A DNA stretch of 64,000 bases from positions 14,446,001 to 14,510,000 of the forward strand of contig OZ024755.1 in assembly GCA_964016885.1 (NCBI GenBank). The letters run 5' to 3'. The DNA comes from Eledone cirrhosa (lineage: Eukaryota). Shown in pieces: positions 47,931-63,850 of the stretch. The notes below the pieces were generated by a model. It saw only the letters and a list, made by a program, of their open reading frames with translations, made no database searches and was not told the DNA's origin. The position numbers and the translations under genes were made by a program. Position 1 is the stretch's first letter, and every line of letters starts with the position of its first letter.

Positions 47931-50900
47931 TTAATTGAAGATGTTGGGTGCTATTTCTAGCGTCATTATAAGCCTGTTGTAGTGTCATGATATATATAGA
48001 GAGATATATATTAATTTAGTAGTTCAATGACACAACTTGTTGGACACCATTCAATATTTTCTCTAGTTCCAAAGAATTTCCTCTTGAAGACGGAATAAAT
48101 TCTTTAAATATTGATAGTTTCAATGTATTGAAATAATTAATATTGTTTCTTAATTCCAGAAATCATGGTTGGGGACATTATATGAGCATAAACTCACTTA
48201 TTTTAGTTGGTCTAGATTTTGGCTTAATATATTTAATTGCTTCTCTGAGTTGATTATATTTTATATTTTCATTGATATGTCGAATATTAGAGACAAGTAA
48301 CACGAATGCCTTTGTATGTACTGGGGCCGACATAATCAGCTAAAACTCTTGGAGGTTTTATACCAGCATGGCCGCAGTCCAATAATTGAAACCACTAAAA
48401 AGAATAAAGACTACACAGAGCATTAAATGAAGCAAATACCTCAATGGTATCCTTATCTCTCAATGAATGTATTACATATTCTTCAGAAAGTATTATGTTA
48501 CGGTATATAATAGATTCTGAAGAATACTTGAGGCTACACAACCGATTATTACAGACGGTAAATCAGCAAAAATTTCTTTTTTTATGGTTTCTGCTTTTAT
48601 AGTTCATATTTCTTTGATAGTACAACAAATTTCTTGGGTCAAAAGAAAATACAGGAAAGCGCAAATGCACACACACACACACACATAAACTTATTTATAT
48701 ACATATATATCATGTACACACACATTTATATTTATATATATATGTATGTACGTACACTCACACGCATAAACACATACACACACACAAACACACACACACA
48801 CACACACACATACCTGTAGCTAGATCCACATTTACGTAGACATACACATACTTAGACACAGACAAATAATATACATATCTGCTTATGTAATCTTTGATAA
48901 ATATACTTTTTATATTCTTTTGTTATGTATTTTCTCTCTCATCTCTATTCATAATGCCATCAATCGCTTTCGCTGTTTTTCACATTACTCTAGTGTTTCT
49001 TATATGAGCAGACGACCTACCCTCTACCTGGTTGCTGGGACTTATTGAGCTAGAAATAGCAGAAAATATCAAATCTCTCTCATATCATACCACTACATTC
49101 TTAAATAATGAAATAACTAATTGAATAATGAATAATAGTATTCATAATTTCATCAATACATTTTGTTGCCTTTCATGTTACATCAACGTTTTTCTTATGA
49201 CCGGCGAGGAAGCCTCAGCTTTGTTTCTGAATCTGCTCTTGGTAGAAATAGTAGCAAAAGCTTCAAATCACACAATTACAGCTGTTAAGTATGGAAACAA
49301 CTATTTGAATATGGAACAAATCTTTGAATATTTTGACACCACATTAAAAAGTAAATAGTTACATCTGGAATTCCTCTGATGATATGTTGCTCAATAACGA
49401 CAGAGAAATGAGCTAAACAACAGCAACAATAAAACGAATGATTCCGCCATTGGTTTCCACCATGAGTGTTCATTTGTGAGCTCAAGTGAACGGCCAACTC
49501 AAGAGTTATCGTTTAAGTGGCTGAGCATTCTACAGATACATATTAATATAATAAACAAGCTAAATTAGCGAGAAATACTATATGCCAAGTCTAGACCTTT
49601 GCATTACAGGTCTAATCCACCCGACAGACTTTGATTTATCCAGTTTCAATCACAAGGCTTTAGTCAGCCTGAGGCTATGGTTAATCACAACTTATCCCAG
49701 ATTACACCAAGTGGGATCGAATCTATGACCTGATGATTGCAAACCGAACTTCTCAGCCGTGCCTGCATCAACAATAATAATAACAAAAATAACAACAGTA
49801 CCAAGAAAAAGAAGAAAGAACAAGAACAGCAGCAGCAACAGCCTTAACAACTGTAACCGCAGCAGCAGTAACAACACCAGTATATAATTGCAACAGCAGC
49901 TATAATGATAATAATGAAATAATCATAATAACAATTTACAGAGGAAGAAGAATTTAAAGAATAAGAATAAGAATTTTAAGAATTTAAAAAAGATGGAGAA
50001 GAAAAGACGGAGAACTAAAACAAAAACAATAACAATAATGACAGCAGCAATGACAGCAATACCAACAATAATAGCAATAACAACAACGTGCCAGCTAATT
50101 CGTTCGATATTTCTTCCTATCTGTGTATTGAAGTGCTATTTAACACAATAGGTTTTATTAGGAACAAGTAAAAAGAATGTCCTGAGACACAAGCAGGTCA
50201 GAGAGGTCAGTCATGAGACCAAACTAATCGACATAATTCAGATTCAATTATTTTTGCAGTCGATTACATCTTTCAGATTTGATGTGAAAAGTTAATATAA
50301 AAAATAATTGCTTTCAGCCGTCTTTTAATTATATATTTCTAATAGTACACGTAATTTCTTCATTAAAGACATAAAAGTGTTAAGAAACGACATTAACGTT
50401 TCTTTTAAAATTCCTTATTGATTACAGCGTTGTTAGAAACTTGTAAACTTTGCCAATCTTGTTAAAACAGTGTTGGGTCTTCATCGGTTACAACGAAGAG
50501 TGTTTCAGTGATTTTTTTACAACATTTCTTGAAAATAACCAGACGCCATTTTATTTGCCACGTATCTCCCTTATTAAACATTGAATATATCAAAAGATGA
50601 TCCGTCTCTGAGCATACGGTCTTTTCCAGATATACCTTAACGTTTAAAAAAGAGGACACATCTGATAATATAATCGAAAAAAAACTAGAATTAATTACAT
50701 TAAAGCATATGACTATCTCGTCTTTTCGGTTAAGTATAGTCTAGCATGGGCTACATTATATAATGTGTTTCACGGGTACTTTCTAGTTAGTTGAACGGCC
50801 CACCAATGTTTTGAGAAAATATAACTTGTGCCGACTCGAATATGCTGCACACATACACGCACAAACAAATGCTTGTGGATAGATAAAAGAGCAAAGAGAG

Positions 50901-51085
50901 CGAGATGTGTGTATGTATGTTAGCATACAAGTACATCTGACTACACTGGTTGCTATTAGTTACTCTTCAAATTTAAATGAGGTAAAATAACAAATGTCAT
51001 TGTGATGAAGATGATGACGGTGGGGATGGTGGCGTTGGTTGTGATGGCATTGTTATTATTATTATTATATTATTATTATTATTAT

Positions 51086-51480
51086 GGATTGGCAGTATTG
51101 GTAGAGAGTCGGACATCATGCTTTGCAGCATAGAGTTACGGCCCTTTATGATCTGAGTTCAAATCCCGCCGAGGTTAACTTTGCCTTTCACCCTACGGGG
51201 TTGATAAAATAAAATACCAGTCACGCACTGGGGTCAATTTAATCGAATTTCCCCTCCCCCTAAATTGGTGGCATTGTGCCTATATAAGAAACCGGATTGG
51301 CAGTATCGGTAGAGGGTCAGACGCCATGCTTTGACGTATAGAGTTACGGCCCTTGCCATTCTGAGTTCAAATCCCGCCGAGCTTAACTTTGCCTGTCATC
51401 CTTACGTGGTCGATAACATAAAATACCAGTAATGCACTGGGTATTTGCTGGCCTTGTGCCAAACGTAGAAACAATTATCA
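51086..51480 (+). mobile_element. Two tandem full-length major-SINE copies
   Basis: Two GGATTGGCAGTAT...CTGAGTTCAAATCCCGCCGAG...GCCT(T/G)TCA...GATAA...ACCAGT...TTGTGCC modules, starting at ~51086 and ~51294. Confidence 0.9.
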
Positions 51481-52748
51481 TAAATAGAAGTAGTGGTGTT
51501 TGTGGTAATGATAGAGAGGTGGGGGGTTGATTGTCATGGTAGTGGTGAAGGTGGAGATAGTGGTTATGATAATGGTGGGGCTGATGTCAGTTGTGGTGGA
51601 GATGATAATGCCGCCACAACCAACACCACCGCCATTCGTATTGGCAGCAGTAAGATGAAAAATCTGGAGAAGATTACGCTGGCAGTGGTTTCATCTTGAC
51701 TAAGATTAACATTGCTTCCACGTAATCTGTATGTTATATACACTAGGTATATATAATATATATATATATATACAATACACACCACACACACACATATATA
51801 TATATATATACACACATATCTATATACCTATCTATATATATTTTATGTTTGTTTTATACGAGACGATCTGACAGTCTGGTCGATAGCCTGTCTCACATCT
51901 GTCGGTCTCTCTGTCAATCTCACATACATTTAATTCTTTTCTATTCTCTCCCCGCCTTTCTCTTTCTCTCTCTGCTTTAAATCTGTCTACTAGTCTTTCT
52001 TACACGTATCTGTAGAACTATTTGTCAGATGATTCACTTAATCCACCGCTCGGTTCTCCATCCCCACCTGGAACCTACGTGCCTTAAATAGAGTCTATTC
52101 TATTGTAGGTATTCGGCTAGGTTCCAAATCTGAGGATGACCCTTTTTCTCACCAATTCTGATAAAAGAAAAGTGGTAGCAGGCAGTCTTCTTTCTTCCTG
52201 GACGCATCATTACAGAATGTTTAGGAATTTCGCTACTCCAATAATTGAGCCCCCAATTTGATCCCGTGGTATCGTAAACAAGTGTCATTTACAACAGCCT
52301 TGTATCAATCCAACTTTTGTTAATAAAATTAGGTTGACGGAAACTGTAAGGAAACTCGTCAAACGGACAGCCTTGTCGCACAAACTATATCATGTTGAAT
52401 CTCCCTGAGAATTACGTTAAATGTACATGTGTCTGTGGAACGTTTACTCACGCGTTAATTTTACGAGCAGGTTTTTTGTTGATCGAATAATGGTAACGCT
52501 CATCGTCGAAAAAGACGGAAGTGAATTCCTTTCTGCTTTGATTGATACCTGTTTGTGGATTGTATTATTATTATTATTTTGACTGTCGGTTTATTTAGTT
52601 AGAGAATCGCTCTGCTCCTAATCCTTAATAAACACTAAATGTAACTTGCATGCACGTCATACTTATTCCTCAATTCTGCCGTTCTTTTAATCTTCAGTAA
52701 TGCTAAAACCTAATTCCTTAAGCTTCACCAATCATACCATGCTGTTTG

Positions 52749-52816
<68 letters not shown>

Positions 52817-55800
52817 AATTTTTCTGCCACACGAAATAGATCTAGTCCCTATACATTAACACATATATCTTACTAGCATAGATCAATTATTCATAAAGTA
52901 GTACAAAGGTAGTGTTATAAATTAGTCCAAACTGAAAAGTTTGCTAGTAATCTTATACATTTATATGTCTGCATGGAAATATACGTATGTACTAAAACAC
53001 GCACAGACACACCCATATTTATATTTACATAGTTGTGTGCATATCTAGACATTCTAGCATAGTCTTAACCCTGATGGCTAAAAGGCACTAAACAACAAAC
53101 GTATGCATATGCAGGAAGCACTATTTAGTTTTGGTATTACATTACAATATAAAATATCAAACAGAAATGGTGTTATTTCACTGGATTTGTAGAAGTTAGA
53201 TATAAAGAACGAAAGTTATGAAATAGTGAGAATATATTCATTAATCACGTGAGAGACTTCCATGTTTTACCGAGACAGACATCGTTCAGGGAAAATCGAT
53301 AATGCCAACAAATGAAGACATGCTATCAGTTCGAACAGCTATAACCATGAATCAAATATTTATTAAGTTTTTGAAATATATACAGCAAAAAAGAAAAAGA
53401 AAAAAAAAACGACAAAAGCACAAAGATCAATAGGACAAAAGAAAGCAAAAACAAAGAAAGTCTCTGTAATTAAATGAAATATAATGTTTACATCCGTCGG
53501 TTGCAAAGATGAATGCTGCAGTTGTTTGATCAACTGAACAACATGTTTATGATAAAATGAATGCTCATTCCCCTCACCGGCCACCAGGCAATTTATCCCT
53601 TCTTAGGGAGATTCAGCGTTAACCACTGTTACGATGTATGACAAAGTTGGGCCTGTAAAGTACAAGTACAGACCATCTGATGGGTTTCCAAACAGTACCC
53701 GCCATCACAATTTCATTTACAACGCATAGGTTGAACCTCCGAAGTTATGGTAAATGATACTTGCCTAAGATATTCCATTTGAGCAGTGTGATCAAATCGA
53801 GGAATCTATGATTGCGAAGAGAACTTCACTTCTAAACTACACACACATATATATATATATACACATACATGTATAACTTTTAAAGAGAATACACTGACAC
53901 ACAAAGATATATTCATATATAACGCCGATTTCAAAACAACGCGCATATATATACATACATATACATGCATACATACATACATACATATATCTATTTATAC
54001 TTACATACTATTTATACTTACATACATATACATGCATACATACATACATATATCTATTTAATACTTACGCACTCAGTCACATATTTAATGTTCTTTTAAC
54101 GAGTGTTATATAAATATGAAGCTATTTAAGTTGTTAATACAACGAATATAAAAGGCAGAATTTCACGCAAATAGAACATCAAAATAGTGGATCTGTAATA
54201 AAAGCTGACATATAAGAATAAGCAATATGTGTATGAATAAATCTAATCTATTTTTGTGTCTACATAAGTTTTCCTAGTTATATATTTAAATGTACGTGTG
54301 CGTGTCGTTTATTAGATAAAAGGCACGCACAGAAGACACGAGATTTGAAATTATGTAGTTAAATACCCCAAAAAGAAAAAAAAAATATGGCTTGATGGCT
54401 TAAATTTTCCTTTTAGTTATATATGGGAAATTATGGCATCGTTGTGGTATTTCCTGCCTTTTGGATTGCATATTTTCATTTCCCATGCATTGTATTATTA
54501 TATTTTGTCTTATATCTTGTTTTATATAATCCTTTGTTAATTATTGTCTATTATATATAATGTTATACATATGTCATACATTATCAAATTAATCCGTCTA
54601 TTGTAAAGTGTCATTACCCCTTTCCTCGTTGTTTTTCTTTATATGAAGTATTCTCTCTAGCCCCACAAATATTGTAACCGCTTATCTTTATAATGTTAAC
54701 TGTATTCTGTGTGCAAGGCCTTGTGGCTAATAAAAGTCATTACATTTTAGTGCATTAAGCTATTTACGAATTAGGTCAATATAGGTTGGCTGTTTAGTGT
54801 AATGGTTATTGGTTGCGTTTGCGTCAAAGTTTTTGGAATATACGATGTGAATTTTTACAGTTTATCCATCCATGTCTCTTTTAAGGAGCTCCGAAACTTG
54901 TTGGGTGGAAGGGAGTGCAGAATTTAAGTCTGCTGAAATTGGAGACATGGCTCGAAAGCATGCAGCTTAATAATTATAAAGTTATATTGCTAAATCCCTC
55001 CAAATTCTAGATTAAAGGCATATTCATATTCATTAGAAAATTCATACAATATTCATTAGAATATGGTAACGAAATAGTCAATCAATAGACTATAAATAAG
55101 ACAGAAATGAAAATAAGCATAGTCAACAATCGGACAATATATAAAGACTTTGTTAAATAAATCAACCGAACATATATAAAATATATACTGTATTCTATGA
55201 ATAAATAATGCATCAAATATTCTCACAAAACAGTTTATCTGAAAGTAAGTTCCACCTACGACTGCATAAATTGTCGACTAAACAGATTAAGCGTGGGAAA
55301 TTAGTTAACATACGTTGTAATATGCTCTGGATAATGTGCTGAAAATTTTCTACTCCATTTACTTTGTAACAGAGTAACAAATAAGAATAATAGAGACAAA
55401 TTGATTCGATTGGATATTGACAAATAGTTTTGAAAATATAATATAGATACATAATCTATAAAAGAATGAATATATCGTATGCATTAACAAGAAACGGTCC
55501 GTTAAAAATCGCCGTATAATTGAAAAGAAAAACGATATATCTTTGTGCAAATTTAATCGCCTTGTAAAAGATTTAACAACTTCATTATAAGAAGATATAT
55601 AATGATGTTGGTATAGTGTGTTATATGCAAACCTTGGCTAATTTTTTTAATGTTTAGTTTTGATCAATTTTATTTAAAGCTACTTTCGTTTTCTAATGAA
55701 AAACTCTGATTTTCAAAATATATTTTATAAAATAAAGAATTCGGAGCGATTTAGGAAAATATCCAATTTTATCATTATTAAAGCTAGAACAACTTATCAA

Positions 55801-55827
55801 ATATTCTTGCATAAAATTATAATGGAC

Positions 55828-55884
<57 letters not shown>

Positions 55885-57439
55885 AGTTTTGTATTGTAGA
55901 ACCAGAGGCAGCTTTAGGTAGTTTGTTATTAAAAGGCTTTAAATCCTTTGAGATATATAAGATTTCTTGCTCAAGCAACAGATAAATATTTACAGACGAT
56001 CTATAGTAAGAATAATATTCCTCTCCGGTCTATTTGGCCCCCAAGTGGAAAATATGCAAGTCTATCTTAAACTTTACATCTCAAAAGAAATGTATTAGTT
56101 TCTTTTTTTAGAGAGAGAATCAGCTTTTTATATAAACATTAAGACGTACACTAGATATTTGCTGTTGATGCTCAAAACAAGTAGGAGGATTGGATGGTGG
56201 AGAGAGAGAGAGAGAAGGGGTTGTGGAGGAATGAGGAGAGAAATCTTTATAGTATTTATTTCGGTATATTATGATTCCGCATCCAAGTTTTACCCAGAAT
56301 TGCAGTCTTTGAACTCTGTTGGCTTCGAAAATAATCGTACTTGGTTTGCATGATACAGGAATTTCCTTGCTAACAACAAAACTTCGTTAACCCAGACGAA
56401 CAAAAACAAGCTCTAGTTCAATGAAAAAAAAACCCACTTCTTTCAAAGAGTTGTTATTAAAATGTATATTTTCTAACATAATTTTAAACACAAGCCATAT
56501 GTTAAGTTACTATCTTAGCAATGAAATAATTAATAATTTCAGTGAATCCTCCCCAAATTCTTCAATAATTAATTGAAATATATTATATTTCAGTTAAAAT
56601 ATCGTCGCGAAAGAGTAAAGAGATTTATGTATTTTGCCTTGTGCAGATTATGTATCTATTATGTATCTATTAAGAGCAGTTCGCATAACCATTTTTAGGG
56701 CCTTTCAAATGGGAGGCTGGGAAGGTGTTATTCTCAAACAGTAAGCCTAGCCAGAAGTTTTGCATCAGAGTAGATTCCACAAAATCCCCCCCCCCCCCCC
56801 TCCCCACAAGCGACAGGTTGTTGTGTTAAACCGTGCAACACATTGTGTCTAATACCGAATCGGCAACACTGAGATTTGAACTCATAAGAACCTAATGGAA
56901 CTAATACTACAACGCGTCCCACGAAATGAAAATACAACTCCCACGGAAATAAACATTTTATAGAATTAACGAAAACTGTTTTCAACAGCAGTAACAACGA
57001 CGGCGACAGCATCTGCCACCACTACCACAACCATCACCTCCACGACCACTACCATCATCTCCCCCCCCCAAACTACCACCACCACAACCACCTCCAATAC
57101 CATTGTTACCACGACCATCACATTCACCACAACCATTACCGCCACAACTACCACCAACACTACCACCAACACTATCACCATCACCAATTTCATAACCACG
57201 ACCAACACCACAACCACCACCACTTCAAGCATCATCATCGCTACCGCCACCACTTCTACTGCCGCTACTAACAGATGCTATCGCATTTGTCAAAAATCTA
57301 CACAGTCAGGCGATAAGAATGATAAAAGGAAACACAGTTGCAATCTTGCAATCCGAGAACAAAAGAATAAAAAAATCACCTGACAAACTAAACTGAGTTT
57401 ATCAAATTTGTCACATCAGATGTTTTCTCTCTCCTTCTC

Positions 57440-57680
57440 TTGGCTCTTAACACTGAATAGCGTCGTAGGGGTGCCATCCTGACACACAGCATGTCTTGGA
57501 TATATTTTAAACATGTCGGAACCCGTCCCTCTCCAGATTAGAACGCAGGGGGATAAAGTAATATAGAGATAATCGACCCCAGTACTTAACTAGTACTTTA
57601 TTTCTCCACCTGAAAAGGATAAAAGTTAAAACTGACGTCGGCAGAATTTGCTTACCGACGCACTAAAGATTCTGCCAATT
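57440..57680 (-). mobile_element. Major SINE variant with alternative tail
   Basis: GTCGTAGGGGTGCC...TTTTAAAC...GAACCC, followed by AATCGACCCCAGTACTTAACTAGTAC...GGCAGAATTTG. Confidence 0.65.
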
Positions 57681-57868
57681 AAAATGGTAAGATTTTTAGA
57701 AATATATCGACGTAACATACAAGAGTAGAATTGATTATTCCCATGTAGAAAAAAATGCATGATTTTTTTTCTCTTTTGCTTCAATAATTTTACTTATGTA
57801 TTACAAATATTCAACGAAATACACACACACACACGCACACGTACACGTACACATATACATACACATAC

Positions 57869-57910
<42 letters not shown>

Positions 57911-58194
57911 TTGTGTGATTAAAAAATGGCAACTGTTGTTTGTATACAAGTTTCAAGAAGCAACGTTTTCAACATAGAACCATATTCTGAATGGGATGCA
58001 AATTGCTCAACTAAACCTGCCCGAGGCATACACTTATCATAACTAAGTTCTCCCCGCAAAAGTTTCAAATCTCACATGAATTCGACTTGGAGCCATTCTG
58101 TCAATTCACCTGAAATTAAGGCATTTATCTTCTATTGGAGAAACCATGATAAGAAGTAACGAATATATCTTATATTAACATATACACTGTACTT

Positions 58195-58545
58195 ACAGCC
58201 ACACACACACACACACCACAGCCACATACACACACACACCACAGCCACATACATACACACACACCACAGCCACATACACCACAGCCACATACACACACAC
58301 CACAGCCACATACACCACAGCCACATACACACACGCCACATACACACACACCACCGCCACATACACACATACCACCGACACGGCCACATACATACACACC
58401 ACGGCCACATACACACAGACCACATACACACACACCATAGCCACATGCACACAAACACCACAGCCACAAACTCACACAGACAAACACCACACACACACAC
58501 ACACACAAATACGCACATACAGACATGCAGACAGACACACACACA
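58195..58545. repeat. CACAGCCACATACACACAC minisatellite
   Basis: Direct reading of tandem units. Confidence 0.9.
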
Positions 58546-58662
58546 TATCTCAAGTAGGCATCATAAAGTGTATGTATATACATATATTCATTGCGATCAT
58601 GATAAATTATAGATATGAGCGCGTGCGCGCACACGCGCACACACTCACACACACGCACACGC

Positions 58663-58694
<32 letters not shown>

Positions 58695-60165
58695 GTATAT
58701 TCTTTTTATAAAATTTACTAATGCGTTGGTTTAGTCTTTTGCATTCTCTCTGTACATAATTTAGGTTAAATCGATAAGTAACAGGTGAACAATGATAGTT
58801 TAACACCGCTGACTTACTGAGCTATCGAATTTCTACACTATTGACCACATGCTTCATATCTTAAGAGAAGCAAGAGATTCAGGGTCGACATCTGGGTATT
58901 TATCCCCCTGGGTAATCCTACAATGTGCGCTCCATTCTCTCTGTTCTGTGCCCCGTTCTCTCAAATAAAAAAATTCAACTTACAGTTTAAGCTGATGAAT
59001 CTAGTTTATGAAACTTCTTGCTCTGATCACACTAAGAAAATTACTTAGCCTGCCTTTTCCACCACTCAGTCCTAAACCCAGCCACAGCAAATCAGGTTAC
59101 AGGTCATAACACAATACAACTCTTTCCACCGTTTTGGATATTTCTACAACGCTGCTACGCGGCAAAGATATTTGGCGGGAAATTAATAATACATATAAGT
59201 TAATGATACAAATATGTATAAATATTTGAGGCTTTCAGGTTCAGTAATGCATTTCTCTGAGGTCGTTGACCCTGGTGACTGGCTAGTTGGCCTAATGGTG
59301 GCACCATTAGTGATAAAGTGACACAACTGCCTAGCTGCGCTATTGACCATATATTGCAGAAAGTTTCTAGAAATGCCATAATGCTATTATAATCCTTATG
59401 TAGGTTTTACTTATTTGAACTCCTGTAAAATAAAGGAGAGGAAAGGGAAGGAATCGATCGTTAGACCGGACTGAGGAAACATTTCCAATGGTATTTAAAT
59501 TACTGATACTATCTGTCGGCCGTAACTTTTGGCAGAATAGGACATATTTCGATTCAGAACACACATAATTCAATACATTTTCAGAAGACAACTTGTTAAA
59601 CTCTCTAGGAGTTCTGCCAACCCATTACTCCATCAATTATTACTTTATTTATCGACCCCATATCTTTCATTCTTCTGAGGTTAAAACTATAATTTACTAT
59701 TTTACCATATACACTTGAACACGGAGCTCCAGTATTTACAATCCTGTGGCCAATAAAAGAATAACATTACACACACACACACACACACGCGTACGTCGAA
59801 ATCTGCCGCTTCTCCTTTCTCTCGCTCACTCCCTCAATAGACACACACACACACACAGACACACTACACAATACACAATACATAATACATATATATATAA
59901 TGTAAATGAAGCCTTTCCTTTCTTTCTAGTAGTTGCTCTTATCATCCCGCTCCTTCTCTACCACTTCGTCCCATTCTTCACCGACCCTGTTAAAGTCTCT
60001 TTTCCCCTCATTCTTCTTCTTAAAGTGTCTGTGTGTTCGGATTTCACACTGTACTGTACACATAAATGCATTTCCAGTGTATGTACATAGTGTAATCGAT
60101 CTTTACTATGCTACAAATACGCGAGAACAAAAAAGATACATATTGTGTGTGTGTCTGTCATTGTA

Positions 60166-60204
<39 letters not shown>

Positions 60205-60419
60205 GAATGTGTGCGTCTGCTATTAGAAAAGATATGCACCAATTTTTGCACGAACATAGAAATAAACCCTCTTAGGGGAATCAAACCACTCAACTACCCT
60301 CTATCACGTTTCGTTATCTTACATTTGTAAAACGATTTTTGCTAAAGTTGAATATATATATTAAGTATGTGAATATAAGTTTTAAGAAAGAAGTGCTTGC
60401 ATCAGGAGGTAAGCATATA

Positions 60420-60735
60420 GTATGGTCCCGTAACTACTGATGGAGTCGTTGGGCCAGCGTATATGGCATGCAATGTTTCTTGGGCATTTTAAAATCTGAC
60501 AGAACCCATCTCCTCTCTAGGTTTGAATACAGCAGATTTCTCCCAGAGAAGGATAGAGGGAATGAGAGAATGGAATTGAGAAAGAGATATAGATGATTGG
60601 TACTTTTTTATCGACTTTCAATCGATGACAGGAAAAGTCTACCTCGGTGGGATGTGAACTCAGTGAGCAGAGAATCAAAATAAATACCGGAAAGCATTCT
60701 ATCCGACGTTCTAACGACTGCCAATTCGCCTCCCT
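60420..60735 (-). mobile_element. Major SINE variant with alternative tail, full length
   Basis: ATGGTCCCGTAACTACTGATGGAGTCG...AATACAGCAGATTTC, GA-rich linker, core, and reversed head ...CTAACGACTGCCAATTCGCC. Confidence 0.8.
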
Positions 60736-61514
60736 AATACATTAAATACTTTACACGAAATGTTATTATATATTTGTTATCATCGTTATCATCATCGTTT
60801 GTCTGCAGTAGTTCAACGGCCACAATCCTCCTCCGTGCAATCTAAGTTTCATAATCATTTGTATTGTCACTAACGATGTTATTTAAATCCCTAGGCAGAA
60901 ATTGAACTCAGAAAGTAAAGTACCACACCAAATTCTGCTAGGCTTCTCCTCTGACGCCATCACAATTATGCTTCTCCATTACATATAACAATTGATTATT
61001 GTATAAATATCAAATATGCACCAAGAATACTACATTATCGAAGTATTGTGCATAGGAAAAGAAATAAATCTATGCGCTGATATTACTGTTAGGTTAAGAA
61101 GCTAGTTTTGCTACTACATAGTCCCGTGTTCGATCAGACTAAAAGTTTCTTCTACAGTGGAACACTAGAAACGTAGAATCTATCTTCTACATGGAATTCA
61201 GGAATTTGGACGACTGCAACTGCCTGGAAGCCAGTTATATATGGAAAATGATACGGATTTGAAAATATTCCCAATGTTTATAGTTTATTTTCACTAAACA
61301 ATGAGAAGAAAGTTCATAGAAAATAAATTACAGTTTTTATTAAAAAGATAGGTGGGTTTGTTGAAATAATCAGCGTTACCTGATATTGGACAATTTATTT
61401 ATGATAAAACTGTATAAACATATTATTTACAGTAACATTAATAATAATAATGACAACTATAATGACGGCAATAATAATAAAAAAAAAGGGGAAACAAAAG
61501 GGGAAATATAGAAT

Positions 61515-61670
61515 ATATTGTCCTGGTTATGACATTAAACTGCATCCCGGGGCAAGGCTCCAGTTCGGGAATTCAGGAGGTGTGGAGTTACCCCTTAGTT
61601 GTTATCACTCCCAGGTCTGCTCTGGCCCAGGGCAGTAGTACCTGTTAGGGCCCCATTTATGGGTTAAATA
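61515..61670 (+). repeat. Probable interspersed repeat fragment (RTE-related SINE-like)
   Basis: GC-rich TATGACATTAAACTGCATC...GGCTCCAG...GTGTGGAGTTACCCCTT...CTCCCAGGTC...GTAGTACCTGTTAGGG...TATGGGTTAAATA. It resembles RTE-5'-derived repeats from memory; single copy here. Confidence 0.45.
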
Positions 61671-61728
61671 ATAACCCTATATAAATACAAGTGGCGCCGA
61701 TAAGGTATTATCAACCATTGAAAAGAAA

Positions 61729-62082
<354 letters not shown>

Positions 62083-62717
62083 ATTATATATATTATTTTA
62101 TTATATATATATATATATAATACATATATTCAATTACCTATATATCTAGAAAAAAGGAGGAACGGAACGGGAACAAAAGTTTCACACAGAATAACTATGT
62201 AATCTGCTCTTCACATGCTAGAAATTACTGCCAAATGTGCCGCTGTAAGCTACACTCGCCCATAGTATACAAAGCAAAAACACGGCTCTGATCACAGGTT
62301 GAGCACAGGTCTGTCCACTGTTAGTTGAACTAAGGCTAGGCGACAACACAAACAGGACTTCCCTTGAAACCTCTTCCAGCATATAAGATAATAAATTAAC
62401 AAAGAAAGAAAGAAAGAGAAAGAAAGAAAGAAAGAAAGAAAAAAAGAAAAAAAGAAAAACAACGAAAATAGAAGAAAAAAATACAGTAAAATTATTGTCC
62501 ACATATAAGTGTGCATGTGTGCGTGCGTGTGTGTTTTAGTATCGGGTATCGATAGCCGTTGAGTATTCAGCGTAGTGTCCCGGCTAGGTAAATCTGTAAT
62601 CAGTTCGATTATTAATGGTGGGTATTATCACTACTCCTCTCTTTAAAAGTATATATGAACCCGCACACATAAACATAATCTGTGTATACACGCAAACAGA
62701 CAGGCACATACACTCAA

Positions 62718-62799
<82 letters not shown>

Positions 62800-63019
62800 G
62801 CTAGTTATGCTTTAAATTTTTGTCAAGCACCCTCGACAGAGACTAAAAATCTTTTTTTAGGTAAATATAGTTATATGCAGAGTAGCGAAATGGCCGAAGT
62901 GATAAAGAGACTTATTCTGGGTCTTTGCATTCTTCTGTGTTCACATCAACTTAGAAATTTGAAATTGTAGTGGTCCCAACGGAGGTAACTATAATGATAG
63001 CTGATTACTATATATGCAT

Positions 63020-63337
63020 GCATGGTTCCGTAACTATTATGGGAGTCGTAGGGGCGCCGTATTGAAATTTACAAAACCTAGCGGAGCTCACCTCCTCTCT
63101 AGGTTTGAATGCAGGAGATTTCCTTTACAGAAGGAGAGAATGGAAGTGAGAAAGAGGCATAGAGGAAAATCGACTCCAGTACTTGATTGGTATGATTGGT
63201 ACATTTTTTATCGACTCCGATTGGATGAAAGGCAAAGTTGACTACGGCGGGATTTGAACTCAGAGAGCAGAGAGCCGAAACAAATACCTCAAAGCATTCT
63301 ATCCAACATTCTAACGACACTGCCAACTCGCCGCCGA
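63020..63337 (-). mobile_element. Major SINE variant with alternative tail, full length
   Basis: TGGTTCCGTAACT...GAGTCGTAGGGGCGCC...GGTTTGAATGCAGGAGATTTC, then AATCGACTCCAGTAC...GGATGAAAGGCAAAGTTGAC...GATTTGAACTCAGA...CTGCCAACTCGCCGCC. Confidence 0.85.
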
Positions 63338-63782
63338 CCATCTTGCAGAATATTTGAGAAAAAAAATCGGGTAAAGTACTTCTGGAGACCGAGAAAGGTG
63401 GACACTAACGCTTGTGCGGAATCAAATCACGAGTCTCACGGATGCCGGTTGAGTACATGGTCCATTATGGAGGTTAAATAAACGAAGTAATTATCAAATG
63501 CTGTGGCATACCGGAATCGTTAGAGCGTCGAAAGGGTGAGCGGCGATAAATTTCGCTATTTCACCCAGCTATTTAGGTACTGAGTTCAAATCCCACCAAG
63601 GTTTCATAACAATCACCTCCTGGACATTTGGGATAGGTTTCCAGTTTAAGATACCCTAGTTCAAGTCACGAAGGTCGTGAAAACAATTATAAGCAGTTTT
63701 ATTCCTCCTGTGATAAAAAAAAATATTTTTTCATCATTCGTATAATCCCTCTCCATACACATATATTTATTGGCAGCCCTAC

Positions 63783-63850
<68 letters not shown>

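Noticed and set aside
58985-59030. Hammerhead-like CTGATGA...GAAAC
   Set aside because: Stem II is only ~2 bp, and no stem III/NUH triplet or stem I can be formed.
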